NCBI GenBank assembly: GCA_032718475.1
Contig: JAUCBJ010005675.1
Location: forward strand, 49,186 to 113,185
Source: Nemertoderma westbladi
Lineage: Eukaryota > Animalia > Xenacoelomorpha
Direction: 5' to 3'
DNA length: 64,000 bases
The notes beneath the pieces were generated by a model that worked only from the letters and a program-made list of their open reading frames with translations, was not told the origin of the DNA and searched no databases. Both the position numbers and the translations under genes were made by a program. Shown here one piece after another: positions 63,991-64,000 of this stretch. Within the stretch, counting starts at the first letter, position 1, and the number at the start of each line of letters is the position of its first letter.

Positions 63991-64000
63991 CAAACAATAT

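Overview
AT-rich, repeat-dense animal (invertebrate-like) genomic DNA; no prokaryotic features. The backbone is the 3' part of a minus-strand RIM/unc-10 (RIMS) gene. Ten exons splice in consistent phase from 49869 to the stop at 5488 (about 583 codons) and encode the RQLP RIM-BP-binding motif and the C2B domain; the 5' exons lie beyond the window. Intact single-exon genes sit on the same strand inside its introns: an OCA2/P-protein transporter, two near-identical copies of an acidic prothymosin-like protein in a very recent ~2.8 kb tandem duplication, and, probably in the next upstream intron, two CARD-caspase paralogues with non-canonical active-site motifs (EACQ, no small-subunit Arg) and a gene-conversion tract. 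The most unusual feature is that two different RIM exon/intron junctions have each been amplified into tandem arrays of consensus 5' splice sites (24-bp and 65-bp units). The rest is minisatellites, degenerate LINE and SINE fragments, and many nested MITE-like inverted-repeat elements. All calls were made by eye; transposon boundaries are approximate.
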